Shown piece by piece: positions 48,795 through 51,223 of a DNA stretch of 51,223 bases. Both the position numbers and the translations under genes were made by a program. The notes under the pieces were generated by a model. It did not search any database and had not been told where the DNA came from. It saw only the letters and a program-made list of their open reading frames with translations. Source of the DNA: a virus (lineage: Duplodnaviria; Caudoviricetes); the IMG/VR virus record IMGVR_UViG_3300044768_000011, positions 1-51,223 of that record. One strand, given 5' to 3'. Each line of letters begins with the position of its first letter. Within the stretch, counting starts at the first letter, position 1.

Positions 48795-50439
48795 ACCACG
48801 GGACCATCGGACGCGGAATGGTCCGCAATCCCCATAACACCTCAGCCGCGGCGACCAGCGGGGCGATACCTATCTCGCCGCGCCGGTCGAACGCCCACCG
48901 GTCGCCCAACGTCCGGGTTGTCGACCCTTCCAGCGCGTTCGCTATGAGATCCACACCATCAAGGTTCTCACCCGGATACCGCCACCCCTTCGCGGTCGTC
49001 AGGTCCTGCAGGTGAGCGCACGCGTTACCCATCCCGGTCGCAGTGACGGGGGTGACCTTTACCGGGTTCCATGACCAGATATCGAACCCCATGGCCTCCA
49101 TCTCGTCCGTGAACTCCAACGCCTCCATGGTGGGGATCACCGCGCCGGCCGGGCCCGAGTCATTGACGACCCACGCGGCCGGATCCCACCGGGCGTGCAA
49201 CCTCTTGACCCGCCCCGGATCAGCCTCGGTCCCATCCGGGTTCAGCGTCGGGAACAACCAGGCCACCCCCTGGCGGTAGTCGATGACCTTCGCATGGAAC
49301 AGGCCGTCCTCGCGGTACCCACCCGCGACGATAGCGGCGGCCGATCGGTCCATCTCGATGTCCAGGGCGAACAACGGGCGCCCGACCAGCCGGGATCCGG
49401 GATCAACGCAGTCGGCGAGCGCATCCAGTTCGATCTTCAGAGGAACCATCGAGCGGACCCGCTCACACAGGACCTCCGTCCGGTACTTCACTAGCTGCTC
49501 ACCCCCGGCGGCCTTCGCCCGGCGGCCCTTGGCGATCAGATTGTCCAAGTCCAGGCGGCGGCCAAGGTTCGGGTTCGCCCACGCAATCTGCACCGGGTCC
49601 ACCGGGTCACACCCTGGTTCGCACGTCCACCCGAAATACCCGAGCCGTTCATCGCCGACGCCCGTCTTGACGAAGCTCAGAGCCTGATCCTGAAACGAAT
49701 TCAGCACCACTGACCGGTCATCACCAGCGTTGGAGATCATCCACGCCTGGAAGTCGCGGACCGCGTTGCCCGCGTTCTCCGCTGCCTCATGCGCCGACCA
49801 ATCCCGGTGCTGGCGCAACTCGTCCTCGACAAGCCGAGCCACCGTCAACGACCGGCCACCCTCCACATTCGCAGCAGCGATCTTGTACCGGGACGACTCG
49901 ATGACCTCCCCCGTGTCATCGTCCACCCGGTCAAGGGTCGGTAACTCCTGCTCACCATTCGCCGTCCGGATCCGGCCCGTCCGCGAAAACAATGCCGGAG
50001 TCCGCTCCACCAGCTTCTTCGCTTTCAGCCACGACTCACGCGAATAATCCAGTTTCGTGGACGTCCCCAGCACCAGGCCAACCTCGGCCATATACAGCCA
50101 CCACAGGCTCAGCAAAACCAGCAATTCAGTTTTGCCGTTCTGCCTGGCCACCAACACCAACAACTGCCGGAACCGCGGGCGACCGTCCGGGAGCAACTCC
50201 AGCCCGTGAATCGCGAGCCACCGCTGCCACGGATCCAACGGGCGATTGATCCACTCCACACAAAAATCCGCGAACGCGAACCCCTTCGACGTGAGATCAG
50301 ACAGAGCACACCCGCACCCGCACTCCCCCGGCTCACCGGTCACCAGAGGGCGAGTGAACTCCCGGGGGACAGTCGACCCCAGGATCGGGTCAGGACTTGG
50401 CGCGAGCACGAGCCTGAGCGAACTTCGAGGCAGCAGCAT
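48781..50439 (-). CDS. terminase large subunit
   Basis: LDPWQ, VARQNGKT Walker A, DELR, SNAG, ANPNLG, FALDI nuclease motif. Confidence 0.95.
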   Translation of the reverse strand: MLLPRSSLRLVLAPSPDPILGSTVPREFTRPLVTGEPGECGCGCALSDLTSKGFAFADFCVEWINRPLDPWQRWLAIHGLELLPDGRPRFRQLLVLVARQNGKTELLVLLSLWWLYMAEVGLVLGTSTKLDYSRESWLKAKKLVERTPALFSRTGRIRTANGEQELPTLDRVDDDTGEVIESSRYKIAAANVEGGRSLTVARLVEDELRQHRDWSAHEAAENAGNAVRDFQAWMISNAGDDRSVVLNSFQDQALSFVKTGVGDERLGYFGWTCEPGCDPVDPVQIAWANPNLGRRLDLDNLIAKGRRAKAAGGEQLVKYRTEVLCERVRSMVPLKIELDALADCVDPGSRLVGRPLFALDIEMDRSAAAIVAGGYREDGLFHAKVIDYRQGVAWLFPTLNPDGTEADPGRVKRLHARWDPAAWVVNDSGPAGAVIPTMEALEFTDEMEAMGFDIWSWNPVKVTPVTATGMGNACAHLQDLTTAKGWRYPGENLDGVDLIANALEGSTTRTLGDRWAFDRRGEIGIAPLVAAAEVLWGLRTIPRPMVPWFGNS

Positions 50440-50773
50440 CCGCCGAACCAGCGGGAACAGCCAACGACTGACGACCGGCAGGATTCAACCCCAACGCAGA
50501 CAACATCGCTGTGACCTGCGCATCCACTGCCCGCAACGCAGCCCGATCCTTCACATCCGGATCCGGGCCCATCACCCGCTCCCGCAGGACCTGGCGCTCA
50601 TCCACCGACTCACACAACAACGCCACATGCTCAAAATCCAAGCCCCGCTCAATCCACGGCGCCGGCCCAGCCCACAACCGGGCCCACATCGCCGACCCCT
50701 CCTCCCCCAATGGACGCGGAGGGTCCGGGACCGGACCCCGGATCGGCGACACGCTCACGCCGTCACGCAACAC
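50390..50773 (-). CDS. terminase small subunit
   Basis: PP..LG..G...W..LW...LCE..DER...L..LGL.PAGR pattern; directly upstream of terL. Confidence 0.75.
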   Translation of the reverse strand: MLRDGVSVSPIRGPVPDPPRPLGEEGSAMWARLWAGPAPWIERGLDFEHVALLCESVDERQVLRERVMGPDPDVKDRAALRAVDAQVTAMLSALGLNPAGRQSLAVPAGSADAAASKFAQARARAKS

Positions 50774-50897
50774 CTTCTGGGTGCTCGTCGAACCACTTCG
50801 CCTCAGCGTCGGTGAGCAGTCGATGGTTGCCCTCGAAGCAGCCCGCGTTGCAGTTCGGCTCGTGCACTGCCGCTATTTCTACCGTGGGCGGATTCAT
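50763..50897 (-). CDS. small hypothetical protein
   Basis: start MNPPTV with ATGA overlap. Confidence 0.45.
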   Translation of the reverse strand: MNPPTVEIAAVHEPNCNAGCFEGNHRLLTDAEAKWFDEHPEGVA

Positions 50898-51088
50898 TTC
50901 ATGTGCTCCACACTCGGCGTGCCGAGGGGCGCCGCGGTTTCCACCGCCAGAGCAGCCGCACGCCACGCCCGGAGGATCGGAACAGACTGATCAGCCCACG
51001 CCGGGAGCGACGCACCCGTTACCGCCGACTTACCACCCGTTGAATCGCAGTACGCCTCGTAAGCGACCTGCCCTAGCTCTTTCATCAC
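50894..51088 (-). CDS. hypothetical protein (first gene of the genome)
   Basis: GGAGG RBS; GQVAYEAYC...G.S...G..LP.W...W..AA motif. Confidence 0.75.
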   Translation of the reverse strand: MMKELGQVAYEAYCDSTGGKSAVTGASLPAWADQSVPILRAWRAAALAVETAAPLGTPSVEHMK

Positions 51089-51223
51089 GATGCCTCCCTG
51101 GCTCCCTGGTCAGTAGACGACTATTACACCCCGCCGCAGCACCACAACCGCAGCACAGTAACCACCCAACCACACCCCGTGATCAACGGTCACGCACCGT
51201 GGAGAGAGAGACACGCGAGGAAG

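Overview
This window looks like an essentially complete ~51.2 kb genome of a GC-rich tailed (siphovirus-like) actinobacteriophage, shown in reverse orientation, so almost all genes are on the minus strand. From right to left: small and large terminase, portal, prohead protease, HK97-type major capsid, a block of accessory virion genes with an embedded tRNA-Met(CAT), head-tail and tail genes with a -1 frameshifted chaperone, a tape measure carrying NlpC/P60, minor tails and a lysis cassette. Next comes a self-contained two-gene cassette (DUF6745-like protein with 35 combinatorial 12-bp repeats plus a partner) where an integrase and repressor would usually sit. It is followed by WhiB, YqaJ/RecT, GDPD, a C5 methyltransferase with a nested out-of-frame gene, RusA, MazG, replication initiator, DnaB-like helicase, SNF2-like helicase/HNH/N-methylase, a YidD-like gene, GH26, a small divergent regulatory switch, DUF397 and a terminal HNH. 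I found no integrase or parAB. The most unusual locus is about 1960-3180: two paralogous tRNA-like elements without normal anticodon arms, an adjacent ~250-nt highly structured non-coding RNA, and a 30-bp repeat flanking a single gene. All calls come from reading motifs by eye; no searches or folding programs were run.
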